Assembly (NCBI GenBank): GCA_020348445.1
Contig: CP070751.1
Location: 32,001 to 96,000, forward strand
Source of the DNA: Thermoplasmata archaeon
GTDB lineage: Archaea > Thermoplasmatota > Thermoplasmata > GCA-020350865
DNA length: 64,000 nt
Direction: 5' to 3'
The translations under genes and the position numbers were made by a program. Below the pieces are notes generated by a model that saw only the letters and a program-made list of their open reading frames with translations, was not told where the DNA came from and made no database searches. Position 1 is the first letter of the stretch, and each line of letters begins with the position of its first letter. This document shows, piece by piece, positions 1 through 9,364 of the stretch.

Positions 1-27
1 GCTCATCTCCTTTTGTATTGGGTTCAT
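1..27 (-). CDS. Possible 5' end of a gene running off the window (MNPIQKEMS...)
   Basis: ATG at 27 opens a frame to the window edge, downstream of an AT-rich intergenic region. Only 9 codons are visible. Confidence 0.2.
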
Positions 28-196
28 ATCTTGGCTTTTTACATTGCACTAGGACATAATATAAACACTATAATATATATAGGTTGTTGCTATACTTAAT
101 AGGCATTATAATTCATCAATCTATTACATATAATCTATTATCCAATATTATATGGGGTTTTCGAATATTTTCCAACACCCGCCATACCAGGGATTC

Positions 197-931
197 TTAA
201 ACGAGTCTCTCATCCACGAGGGTCAGGAGATTCACGACCTCGATATCTGCACCTATAAGGTCACGCCCGAAATTTAAGGACCGCTCACAGAAAGGGCAGG
301 CCGTGACAATAACTGAGGCACCTAATGATTGGGCTTCTTTTACTATCAAGTAAGACATGGAATCTGCAAGGTCCTTGTTCAGGGCTCTCAAACCTCCACC
401 TGATCCGCAGCAGAGTGCCTTTTCCCCGTGGTATGAAAGCTCTTTGAGTTTCAGGTTCGGGATTTTATTTAGTATCTCGCGGGGCTCCTTTACAACACCC
501 AATCCCTTGGCAAGGTGACATGAGTCATGGTAGGTCACAGTGATTGGATTTGGATTCTCGAAATTCATTTTGTCAAGGTTCTGGGATAGAAATTGGGTCA
601 CATGAAGGGGCTTTTTATCTAGGTCATATTGCTTGGTGAATATCTGAGTGCACCCCGGACATGGTGAAACCAACTGGGAATCACCTTCTGTTTCACTTTT
701 TATTACTGGTTCCATTTTAGCCTTGTTTTCTTCTGCAACATCAGAAAGTCCTATTCCCCAGAGAGTTGAAGCGCAGCAGGAGTTCTGATTGTCATCCTTG
801 TCAATCACGTCGAATTTGAGGTTCATTTTTTCAAGAACAGATTGCAAGGATTTCATGGTGTTGTCAAAATAGTACCGCGTTGTGCATCCGTGCCACAGCT
901 TTATTGAGTTTCCATTATCAGGGCCTGCCAT
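197..931 (-). CDS. CCG-domain (Fe-S)-binding oxidoreductase subunit (HdrB/GlpC/LutA-like)
   Basis: Two cysteine-rich CCG-type domains: HGC..SCCAS..CPGC and HDSCH..CCG..ACPFC. Start moved from 961 to the ATG at 931 (MAGPD), which follows a GGGGTGA RBS and abuts the upstream stop at 933. Confidence 0.8.
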   Translation of the reverse strand: MAGPDNGNSIKLWHGCTTRYYFDNTMKSLQSVLEKMNLKFDVIDKDDNQNSCCASTLWGIGLSDVAEENKAKMEPVIKSETEGDSQLVSPCPGCTQIFTKQYDLDKKPLHVTQFLSQNLDKMNFENPNPITVTYHDSCHLAKGLGVVKEPREILNKIPNLKLKELSYHGEKALCCGSGGGLRALNKDLADSMSYLIVKEAQSLGASVIVTACPFCERSLNFGRDLIGADIEVVNLLTLVDERLV

Positions 932-932
932 C

Positions 933-2144
933 TCAATCACCCCTTCCATAAGGATTTCCAAAGGTCCTTACATTCTCAGCAATAGTCATGTGCTTTTTAG
1001 GGGCGAGGTTTTCCGCAACTGCATTGTTACGGATGTTTAAAAGAAAATCAGGCAGGGGAATTCCCAGGGGACATGCGATCTCGCAGTTTCCGCATAAGGA
1101 GCAGTTGTACAGTCCCTCTGAAACTGATTGCTCAACACCTGAAGTGAAATTCAGAAGCACAAGTTCCCTTGGGGTTCGATACTCCCCCTCCTTCATAAAA
1201 AGGGATCTGGGACAGACTGAGCCGCAGGCTCGGCAGTTGATGCACTGTAGGAACTCCGAGAACTCACCAGCCACAAGATCCGATCTTCCATTGTCCAAAA
1301 TGATCACGTGGAGGTTGTTTTCCAAAGTGCCTGTTGTTTTAGAGAACTTTTTTGGGAGTTCATCAACATGAACCTTCTGAAACTCAGTGTCGTAGGAAAG
1401 TATCCCAAGAAGCAGGCTCGGAAGACCGAACATCCCGGACGCCCGAGAAATGTATTTGGCCTGTTCAGAATCATTTACTATCTTTTCCAGGCTCACTACC
1501 AAAATCGTCTCTTTGGACTGCGATATCAGACTTGAGATGTTGTTGAAGTGCTGGACAAAGAAGAAGCTTCCGTCCTTTGAGGATACAGAATTTGCACCGA
1601 TGAGAGAGGCAAACTCAAGTGGTTTTTTGTACTTGATTTTAAAAATGTCAAAGGATTTCCAGATATGATCCTCAGATATTTTAGGAATTTCCCATAAATC
1701 AAGATGCTTGGCATCTTCGATCTCTTTCTGGCTTGCATGGTACGTATCAAATACTGTAATGTCCTTGGGAAGGTCCCCTATGATCTCCTTTACAACTGAA
1801 GAATTGTTGATGCAAACATTCTTTAGATCGGCTTTTGTCAGCACCTTTTGAATATAAGAAGCTGCATCTGAAGAGGTCTTGGCATTGTAGGTGTCGATTC
1901 CTTTTCCCTGCAAAAAAAATGTGAGATTTTTTACATTTGATTCGAGATTTTTTAGGCTCGTCTCTCTTATAGATTTTAACTGCTTCTTGATTTCTTCAAT
2001 ATCTATTTCCTGATAATCCTTGTCATCCAACTTCCTTAGCTTGGAATAAATGAAGTGCTCTCTTATAAGATTGGCAGAAGGCTCTAAAACGTGGATGGGT
2101 ATTCTTGTTTTCTGTGACTGTGAGTCTGATTTGCTTTTATTCAA
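933..2144 (-). CDS. LUD-domain protein with 4Fe-4S dicluster (LutB/YkgF-like)
   Basis: LUD-like region (GAN..., VVSLEKIV, ILDNGRS) followed by CINCRACGSVCP and CSLCGNCEIACP. TTG start with GGAGG RBS. Confidence 0.8.
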   Translation of the reverse strand: MNKSKSDSQSQKTRIPIHVLEPSANLIREHFIYSKLRKLDDKDYQEIDIEEIKKQLKSIRETSLKNLESNVKNLTFFLQGKGIDTYNAKTSSDAASYIQKVLTKADLKNVCINNSSVVKEIIGDLPKDITVFDTYHASQKEIEDAKHLDLWEIPKISEDHIWKSFDIFKIKYKKPLEFASLIGANSVSSKDGSFFFVQHFNNISSLISQSKETILVVSLEKIVNDSEQAKYISRASGMFGLPSLLLGILSYDTEFQKVHVDELPKKFSKTTGTLENNLHVIILDNGRSDLVAGEFSEFLQCINCRACGSVCPRSLFMKEGEYRTPRELVLLNFTSGVEQSVSEGLYNCSLCGNCEIACPLGIPLPDFLLNIRNNAVAENLAPKKHMTIAENVRTFGNPYGRGD

Positions 2145-2610
2145 AATTTAAACCTCCATATCATCATTCCAATAATTTCTTCTTTAGAATATCGTCAATA
2201 GTCTAATAATTTTTCTATGCCATCTTGTTTGATAAACTCTACTTATTCATAATAACAAAAATAGAGAAAATAGGAGGGGGGAAAAGAGAGAATTTATCAT
2301 TCACATTAGTTGGGGCATCCAACAGAGAACATCAAATAACATCTGGGTAGATATGGGGTATCTAAATAGATCGACATCCAATAATTTAAGGGAGTGGTTC
2401 CCTCAACTCCCCCTCCATAGGGTAGAGCGTTTTTTTCCAAAGGATCCTCAAATTCTCTCTGAAACATTAAATGACATCTCTTAGAACACTAAACGAGGTT
2501 ATAATATATATAGATACCTAAAATACTATATTTGAGTATATGTTGCATTACCTATATATTATCGTTAATTATTTATATTACCAACGTTATTACGCGATTT
2601 CAGGGATAAA

Positions 2611-3174
2611 ATGAAAATCGATAAAAAGGACAGAGTCATAATCTCGATGTACGCTGAAAATCCAGATGTTTCACAGGAAGAAATTGCTAAGAAAATAAGC
2701 CTCTCTCAGCCTTCTGTTGCCATGAGAATAAAGAAGCTTAAAGAAAATGGAGCAATAGAAACTCAGACAGGAATCAATCCCTTGAAGATGGGTTTGTACA
2801 TGGCAAAGGTGGATATCTCATCCAACGATCCTGCTGAGATACTTAGAATGTTTAAGAACTGCCCTTATTTTGCAAACGGATTTTCAATATCTGGAAAAAG
2901 TAATTTATGTTTGTTCTTCGTCAGTGAGAGTATAGCAACTTTGGAGGCAATAATAAATGGCCATGTGAGACCTAATAAGTCAGTTACAGACGTTGATTTC
3001 AATATCGTCATTGCAACTGAAAAGGACTTCGTAGTTCCCAGTATTTTGACCCCTGAAAAATCTGAAAAACCTCCCTGCGGAATTCTGGTTCAATGCAGAA
3101 ATTGTCAGTCCTTCAAAGAAGATAAATGCCTTGGCTGTCCTGCAACTGGAACCTACAAAGGCTGGTTCTACTAA
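2611..3174 (+). CDS. Lrp/AsnC-family transcriptional regulator with C-terminal Cys-rich extension
   Basis: N-terminal HTH (SQEEIAKKISLSQPSVAMRIKKLKENG), an AsnC-type ligand-binding domain, then PCGILVQCRNC..KCLGCP. Confidence 0.8.
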   Translation: MKIDKKDRVIISMYAENPDVSQEEIAKKISLSQPSVAMRIKKLKENGAIETQTGINPLKMGLYMAKVDISSNDPAEILRMFKNCPYFANGFSISGKSNLCLFFVSESIATLEAIINGHVRPNKSVTDVDFNIVIATEKDFVVPSILTPEKSEKPPCGILVQCRNCQSFKEDKCLGCPATGTYKGWFY

Positions 3175-3179
3175 CAAAA

Positions 3180-3839
3180 TTAATCTATTTTTCTTTCCAC
3201 ACATTCAACAGTTTGGCATAAGCTGTCGTATGCAGCCTTGTAACCCAGATCAAATGCTTTGAGGTTCACATCCAGGGCTTTTTTAGGAACAGATTCGGCC
3301 ACGCTTTCTTTTAGGACCTCTGCATCCAGAGGAAATGATTTTAATGCAGACAACGCTCCAATAAAAACCACGTTCTCGGTTAAAGGATTTCCAGCCTCTT
3401 TGGCAAGATCAAGAGCGGGAAGGGGGGCAATATTTTGGGTAATCACATTTAACTTCTCTTTGATTTCATCAAATTTTATAAAATCTGTGCGTTTTTCCTT
3501 GGATAGTTGTGCAACCTCAATTGGAGGATTTATCACCCTTTTATTAAGAATTATCACACCGTCATCCTTAAGATATTCGAGGTACCTCAAAGCTTCCACT
3601 GCCTCCAAGGATATGAGGGCATCGGCTTCACCATAAGGTATCAGAGGTGAAAGATTGTCTTTCCCGATTCTCATGTGAATGTATATGGTGCCGCTGCGCT
3701 GGGAAAGGCCGTGCAGCTCTCCAGTTCTTGCCTCTAAATCTGCCTTGGCACAGCCGCGGCCTATTATATTTGAAAGCAGGACTATTCCCTGACCACCAAC
3801 TCCGCAGATCACGAGATCGAATGAGGAATCTTGGCTCAT
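3180..3839 (-). CDS. iorB: Indolepyruvate:ferredoxin oxidoreductase beta subunit
   Basis: GVGGQG and ELHGLSQRSG motifs of the POR-gamma/IorB fold. 4-bp overlap with iorA. Confidence 0.92.
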   Translation of the reverse strand: MSQDSSFDLVICGVGGQGIVLLSNIIGRGCAKADLEARTGELHGLSQRSGTIYIHMRIGKDNLSPLIPYGEADALISLEAVEALRYLEYLKDDGVIILNKRVINPPIEVAQLSKEKRTDFIKFDEIKEKLNVITQNIAPLPALDLAKEAGNPLTENVVFIGALSALKSFPLDAEVLKESVAESVPKKALDVNLKAFDLGYKAAYDSLCQTVECVERKID

Positions 3840-5746
3840 TGTTTCACCTCCCTACCTGGTGCTTCTTCTCCTATTGGATGAATCGTGCCAAAGGGACAGA
3901 TTTTTGCACACACTCCACAGCCGTCACATATTTCAGGCAGGATCCTTGCTGCCCTGTCATCAGAATCGAACCTAAAAGAAGGGCAGTAGAAGTCTTTAAT
4001 GCATGTATGTGGTTTTTTGCAGATTGACTTATCCACTTCATTTTGGACTATGGGAACGCCGGTTCTCCGCTTTATTCTGTCACCATGAAGTGCGCAGGAT
4101 CTTCTTGATATTACAACAGAAGGACCTTTAAAATCAAGAGCTTCCTTTATTATATCTACATTGTTCTTTACGTCGTATGAATCCATTATCGCAACATGCC
4201 CAACTCCAATTCCTCTGCACACATCCTCGATTATTATTCTCTTTTTGCCTTCGGGCATACCGCGATCCTCAGGTGTTCCTGCATGGAACTGCTGGCCTGT
4301 CATTGCTGTAACTTCATTGTCCAGAACAAAGAGGGTGATATTCAGGTTATGATAAACAGAATTGACAAGTCCTGGAAGTGCTGCGTGAAAGAAAGTGGAA
4401 TCCCCTACCACGCACATGACATCGTCCTCCAAAACCTGGGACATGCCTGCAGAAAGTCCCAAAGAAGAGCCCATGCACAAAAGGGACATGGTCATGTTAA
4501 GGGGAGGAAAGAACGCCATGGAGTAGCAACCAATGTCGTTGTTGAACACCACATTCCTTCCTCGTACAGCCTGTTTGATTGCCCAGAATGTTGCCCTGTG
4601 AGGACAGCCTGCACAAAAACACGGCATCCTTTCAGGAAGTATTGTCTTTAAGTCATTTGCCCTTTTAAGAATTCCATCGTAGTCTATCGGAGATTTGATT
4701 CCCAAAGCAGATGAAATCCCCATAACAACTATTGGAACGTTATATTCCATAGCTTCGCTGAAATGCCCTGCATCTTTTCCTAGTATTGTCACATCGAGCT
4801 CAAAATCCTTGGCAATCCTTTTTGCATTGTGCTCCAGATACGGGGATAATTCCTCAATGACCACAACTTTCGAAAGCCCCTTCATAAAGTCAGCGATTTT
4901 CTTCTCTGGCAAGGGAAATGGTGTGCCTATCTTGAGTATCTTTGGATTTATTTTAAGAATCTTACACGCATCCTTGGCATAGCAGTACCCGACACCTGAA
5001 GTGAGTATACCGATATCACCCTCACCCTCTGAAATTACATTGAAGGGCGAATCCTCGAATTCGATTTGAATATTCTTAACCTTCTCAAGAAGTTTGAATT
5101 TGTTCTGCCTGGCTGTCTCCCCAACTGTAAAATAATTTTCTCCCACCTCTGACCATTTGGCTTTCACAAATGGAGTTCGGTTAAGTGCCTCAGTTTCAAC
5201 AATACCGCTTTGGTGGTTTACCCTTGTTGTTGTTCTGATGACGACTATGCTCTTATGACGCTCCGAAATCTCGAAGGCTGTCTTGACCATTTTTCTTGCT
5301 TCTTTCGGATTGGAAGGCTCGAGCATTGGGATGTAAGCATTTGGCCCAAAAAACCTGCCGTCCTCCTCACTTTGGGAGGAATGACAATGGGGATCATCTG
5401 CTACTATCATTACACATCCTGCATTTATCCCTGTATAAGCCAGGGAGAAGAATGCATCAGAGGCCACATTCAGACCCACAGATTTCATGGATGTCAGGGC
5501 TCGAAAACCGGACATGGAGGCTCCAGCCACAGTCTCTAAAGCTACCTTCTCATTTGTGGCTGTTGTGAATTTATAATCAAACTCGTTACGCAGCAAAAAG
5601 AAAGTGTCAAGTATCTCGCTCGTTGGAGCTCCAGGATAACACGATATGACCTTGACATCTGCTTCAAGGGCACCTCTTACCATGGCCTCGTTGCTCATCA
5701 TGAATGCTTTTTTTGGATCTTTGTTTACCAAATATTCCTTTGCCAT
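3836..5746 (-). CDS. iorA: Indolepyruvate:ferredoxin oxidoreductase alpha subunit
   Basis: YPGAPTSEI, NEKVALE, MKSVGLNVA, CAGCPHR, DIGCY, TPP motif GDSTFFH..DN..TAMTG, and a C-terminal ferredoxin domain. Confidence 0.95.
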   Translation of the reverse strand: MAKEYLVNKDPKKAFMMSNEAMVRGALEADVKVISCYPGAPTSEILDTFFLLRNEFDYKFTTATNEKVALETVAGASMSGFRALTSMKSVGLNVASDAFFSLAYTGINAGCVMIVADDPHCHSSQSEEDGRFFGPNAYIPMLEPSNPKEARKMVKTAFEISERHKSIVVIRTTTRVNHQSGIVETEALNRTPFVKAKWSEVGENYFTVGETARQNKFKLLEKVKNIQIEFEDSPFNVISEGEGDIGILTSGVGYCYAKDACKILKINPKILKIGTPFPLPEKKIADFMKGLSKVVVIEELSPYLEHNAKRIAKDFELDVTILGKDAGHFSEAMEYNVPIVVMGISSALGIKSPIDYDGILKRANDLKTILPERMPCFCAGCPHRATFWAIKQAVRGRNVVFNNDIGCYSMAFFPPLNMTMSLLCMGSSLGLSAGMSQVLEDDVMCVVGDSTFFHAALPGLVNSVYHNLNITLFVLDNEVTAMTGQQFHAGTPEDRGMPEGKKRIIIEDVCRGIGVGHVAIMDSYDVKNNVDIIKEALDFKGPSVVISRRSCALHGDRIKRRTGVPIVQNEVDKSICKKPHTCIKDFYCPSFRFDSDDRAARILPEICDGCGVCAKICPFGTIHPIGEEAPGREVKQ

Positions 5747-5834
5747 TTTCCTTCCCCCTAATGTCCAATAATCTGTGCATAAATTATTCTTTTTTGGTAA
5801 TCGAGTTTTGATAGCTCACTTCAAAGGCAATGAC

Positions 5835-6347
5835 TTAACCTTCTAGTATTGGAACATAACCGTACCAGACACCCTCATCTTTTAGGGTGCGGAGATTTTC
5901 TTTTAGAAGGGCAAGATGCTCCCTTTCCCAATTCGAAAGGTCATTAAACAGCGTGGCAATATCTTGCTCTGGAGTCTTTTGGGCGTTATTTTTGTAGAAA
6001 TCAATGGACTTTGCCTCCACCTCCATGCCCAATTTCATTGCTTCGATTGCATCTACTATCTCCAGTCTATCCTTTGCCATTAGATCCTTGAATATATTCT
6101 GGATGCCCTCCTCCATGAGAATATCCGCCATAAGTGTGTCTATTTCAGTTTTCCTAGCCTCTGCACCGTATTTATTGAGGATACTTGTTAGTTGCTCCCT
6201 GTGCTCGTTTTCTGCATTGGCTAAAAAACCTAGCAATGCGCTTCCCTCTCTATCCTCAACAGCACCTTTGAGTTTATTGTAGTAATCCAGCCCAAACGCC
6301 TCAATCTCTATTGCCCTTTGAAGTATCTCAATGCTCTCTTCCTCCAT
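5835..6347 (-). CDS. Ferritin-like (rubrerythrin diiron domain only) protein
   Basis: Duplicated E..E..H diiron motifs (AIEIE, AENEHRE, MEVE, WEREH). No rubredoxin domain. Confidence 0.8.
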   Translation of the reverse strand: MEEESIEILQRAIEIEAFGLDYYNKLKGAVEDREGSALLGFLANAENEHREQLTSILNKYGAEARKTEIDTLMADILMEEGIQNIFKDLMAKDRLEIVDAIEAMKLGMEVEAKSIDFYKNNAQKTPEQDIATLFNDLSNWEREHLALLKENLRTLKDEGVWYGYVPILEG

Positions 6348-6424
6348 AATATCACCTCCATGCTAAATCAAGTTGGTTTGTATATCTTTTTTGATTATGC
6401 AAATATTTTTGTGAACAGGAAATA

Positions 6425-6883
6425 CTAGTAGCCTTCTGTCAAAAAGAACTCGTCATATTCCATCTCAAGACGCAATTTATGCTTGGCCTCTTCCTGGGCC
6501 AATCCCTGCATAAGTGATTGCAGAGTGCTATCTTCGGTTGTTGCAGCTAAATCGGTGTACAGTCTAAAGGATGCCTTCTCCTTTTTCATTGCTAGTATCA
6601 ACGCATCCTGGTAGTCCATATCTGGACCTGCAGGAACATCTACAAGATAATCACCTATCTTAAGATCTGTGATCTTTTGCTCAACAGGCATCAACTGCTT
6701 TCCTTCTTTTACTGCCGATATTTTTTCCTTGTGCTTGGCCTCTTCGGCTGCAAAACCCGTAAAGACCTTCTTCATATGTTCTCTTTCCATCTTTACGGCG
6801 AGACCAAGATAGAACTTGTTGGCCTCCTCTTCTTTCTCCATTGCAAAGTTCAATAGTGCGTCCACAGATTCAAATGTATCCAT
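6425..6883 (-). CDS. Ferritin-like (rubrerythrin diiron domain only) protein
   Basis: AMEKE..EEAKH and AMKKE..EEAKH duplicated motifs. Confidence 0.85.
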   Translation of the reverse strand: MDTFESVDALLNFAMEKEEEANKFYLGLAVKMEREHMKKVFTGFAAEEAKHKEKISAVKEGKQLMPVEQKITDLKIGDYLVDVPAGPDMDYQDALILAMKKEKASFRLYTDLAATTEDSTLQSLMQGLAQEEAKHKLRLEMEYDEFFLTEGY

Positions 6884-6903
6884 TTTCTCATCCTCCTTTC
6901 TTT

Positions 6904-7479
6904 TTACAAATTCTCTCCGAGCAACTCAAAGTAAGCCTGTTCATGCTTGCATGCCGGGCATAACTCAGGTGCTTCGGGACCCTCATGAAGATATCCGCAG
7001 TTTAAGCAGCGCCAAACCACTGTACCGTCCTTTTTGAATACCTTGCCTGCCTCAACATTCGCCAGAAGGCCGAGATATCTTTTTTCGTGCTGTTTCTCTG
7101 CAACAGATATATTTTTAAAGGCCGCTACAACCTCAGGGAAACCCTCTGATTCTGCATCACCAGCAAAGTCCTGATAGAGTTTTGTCCATTCGAAATTCTC
7201 ACCCGCAGCTGCTGCCTTGAGGTTCTCTTGAGTGGTTCCAATTACTCCAGCAGGGTATGCTACGTTAATCTCCACGTCCCCACCTTCGAGAAACTTGAAG
7301 AACCTTTTTGCATGTTCTTTCTCCTGATTTGCTGTTTCCTCGAATATCAATGATATCTGCACAAATCCGTCCTTTTTCGCCTGGCTTGCAAAGTAGGTGT
7401 ACCTGTTTCTTGCCTGCGACTCACCTGCAAAGGCTTTCAACAAATTCTTTTCTGTTTTGGTTCCTTTCAAACTTGGCAT
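6904..7479 (-). CDS. rbr: Rubrerythrin
   Basis: AFAGESQARNRY, EKEHA, GENFE, EKQHE and C-terminal CLNC..CPAC rubredoxin domain. Start placed at MPSLK (7479), after a GGAGG RBS. Confidence 0.95.
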   Translation of the reverse strand: MPSLKGTKTEKNLLKAFAGESQARNRYTYFASQAKKDGFVQISLIFEETANQEKEHAKRFFKFLEGGDVEINVAYPAGVIGTTQENLKAAAAGENFEWTKLYQDFAGDAESEGFPEVVAAFKNISVAEKQHEKRYLGLLANVEAGKVFKKDGTVVWRCLNCGYLHEGPEAPELCPACKHEQAYFELLGENL

Positions 7480-7498
7480 TTTTCCTACCTCCATAAAT

Positions 7499-7681
7499 TC
7501 ACTTTGTTGGTGCCCAATAGCATCTTTTCGGGGATGACACCTTCCCCTTTTCCTTTAAGCCTTTTATGGCGTTGGAAACTTCTTTGCTATCTATACCTGT
7601 CATCTTCGCAACATCACCTGGTCTGACAGGTTTTCCTGCATTCTTCATAGCTTTTAATACAGTTTGTTCTGTTGTTGCCAT
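7499..7681 (-). CDS. Small winged-helix protein (60 aa)
   Basis: wHTH pattern (GDVAKMTGIDSKEVSNAIKGLKEKGKV) ending in SPKRCYW. GAGGTGA RBS before the ATG at 7681. Confidence 0.75.
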   Translation of the reverse strand: MATTEQTVLKAMKNAGKPVRPGDVAKMTGIDSKEVSNAIKGLKEKGKVSSPKRCYWAPTK

Positions 7682-7727
7682 ATCATTCACCTCTAAATTC
7701 TCTCCTTTATTATAAATCTATATTACT

Positions 7728-8234
7728 CTATTTAATGGAAGAACCCCTCCATTGTCCTATCTCCTGTAAGCTCTTTAGATTCTCCTCTAATATGATTATA
7801 TGATCCCTTTCGAAATCTGCGAGCCGTTTAAAGAGTTCCTTTGTTTTATCATCCTCTGAAATATCCATGTTCTTTTCGTAGAAATCCACGGACCTGTTTT
7901 CAATTCCTATTGCAAAGTCTATCGCTTTTATGGGATCGAATTCCCGAAAGATGTCGGGTAACTTATCTTGCTCAAGAAATATCTCCTCTTTTCCTAAAAT
8001 AGATATCTTCTCTTCTGGCTCATCCCTAAGCTCATCCAATTTCTCTAACTGTCTGTGATATTCCTCCTCCAGCCATTTTATGTGGTCGACTTCTAATCTG
8101 GCTAGATGAGATACAAGTTTTTGTCCATTTCCATCTTTGACAAAATCCCTCATGCTGTTGTAAAAATCATAGCCAAATCTTTCAATTTCTATGGCCTCTT
8201 TTACCGTCCCAAGTACCTTTTCTATATCGGACAT
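7728..8234 (-). CDS. Ferritin-like (rubrerythrin diiron domain only) protein
   Basis: AIEIE..LEVDH and AIGIE..FERDH motifs. Confidence 0.8.
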   Translation of the reverse strand: MSDIEKVLGTVKEAIEIERFGYDFYNSMRDFVKDGNGQKLVSHLARLEVDHIKWLEEEYHRQLEKLDELRDEPEEKISILGKEEIFLEQDKLPDIFREFDPIKAIDFAIGIENRSVDFYEKNMDISEDDKTKELFKRLADFERDHIIILEENLKSLQEIGQWRGSSIK

Positions 8235-8258
8235 TGAAACACCTCTGAATATTTATCT

Positions 8259-8786
8259 TCATCCCCCAGCCAAATCAAATTCCTTGAAATCGAACCAATA
8301 ACCTGGTCCGCTCAGGTAATCGATTTCTGCCTGCACTATGGCCAAATGCCCCTCTTCAATTTCAACAAAGCGCGAAAAAAGCTGCTGCCCCTCGGCCGGA
8401 ATCTCGCTGACCATCTTTTTGTAGAAGGTGCTCGTTTCCCTTTCAACCTCAAGGGCGTTTTGGAGCATCCTCAGTTCAGAACCATGATGTCGATCCATGT
8501 CATGTTCTTTCACCTTGCCCTCGAGTTTATCCACCTCTTGCAGGATTGTTTCTTTGGAGGGAATTGCGGTCTTTAGACTAGTTTGTGTTATCGTACCAGT
8601 TTCCTTCCATTCAGCAAGCCTACTGTTTAGATAATCCAGATGACCAAGTTCCTCGTTCACCAAGACCCCAAATACCTTTTTTCCAATTGGATCCTTAGCC
8701 TGGTCCTTTGCCTCTTTATATAATTGACTTACTCTTGTTTCAAATTCTATTGCTGTTTTTATCGCTTTTTCTATACTCATACTCAT
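8259..8786 (-). CDS. Ferritin-like (rubrerythrin diiron domain only) protein
   Basis: AIEFE..EELGH and ALEVE..IEEGH motifs. Start moved to the ATG at 8786, after an AAGGTG RBS. Confidence 0.8.
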   Translation of the reverse strand: MSMSIEKAIKTAIEFETRVSQLYKEAKDQAKDPIGKKVFGVLVNEELGHLDYLNSRLAEWKETGTITQTSLKTAIPSKETILQEVDKLEGKVKEHDMDRHHGSELRMLQNALEVERETSTFYKKMVSEIPAEGQQLFSRFVEIEEGHLAIVQAEIDYLSGPGYWFDFKEFDLAGG

Positions 8787-8830
8787 ATTCAACACCTTTT
8801 CCATTGTTTAATAAGAATCTTATTATTGTC

Positions 8831-9349
8831 TTACTTTTCCGCAGATGTAGTAGGTGGGGTGAATACACGCTGGCCTAATTCTTGGTCAAGCATGAACAGG
8901 CCACTACCCTCCCCACCAATTATCTTTATCTTCTGAAGTATTCCATTTGCAGATGCCTCCTCCTCAACCTGCTCTGTTACGAACCATTGTAAGAAGTTGT
9001 TTGTTGCATGATCCTTTTCCGAAATGGCCAGATTCACTAGATCGTTTATCAAATTCGTGACCTTCTGCTCGTGGGAATAGACATGCTCAAATGCTGCCTG
9101 CGGTGACTCCCACTCAAGTTGTGGAGCTGCAATTTCCTTTAACTTTACCCGACCACCCCGCTCGTTTATATAATCATAGAACTTCATTGCATGCATCAGC
9201 TCTTCCCTGGCCTGAACACGCATCCAGTTTGCAAAACCAGCAAGATCAGTTCCCTGAAAATAAGCTGACATGGACAGGTACAGGTAAGATGAGTAGATCT
9301 CAGCATTTAGCTGCTCATTAAGCGCTTCCTGAATTTTCTCGTTCATCAT
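8831..9349 (-). CDS. ftnA: Non-heme ferritin
   Basis: [28 protein letters not shown] and [11 protein letters not shown] ferroxidase motifs. Confidence 0.95.
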   Translation of the reverse strand: MMNEKIQEALNEQLNAEIYSSYLYLSMSAYFQGTDLAGFANWMRVQAREELMHAMKFYDYINERGGRVKLKEIAAPQLEWESPQAAFEHVYSHEQKVTNLINDLVNLAISEKDHATNNFLQWFVTEQVEEEASANGILQKIKIIGGEGSGLFMLDQELGQRVFTPPTTSAEK

Positions 9350-9364
9350 ACAAGTCACCATATC

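Noticed and set aside
7499-7681. Z-alpha (Z-DNA/Z-RNA-binding) domain
   Set aside because: The overall wHTH pattern and terminal P..W resemble Z-alpha, but the recognition-helix Asn and Tyr are replaced (SKEVSNAIKGL versus KKEINRVLYSL). Treated as a generic small wHTH.
5835-8786. Encapsulin cargo ferritin-like proteins
   Set aside because: There is no encapsulin shell gene in the window, and the C-termini lack the GSL-type targeting peptide.
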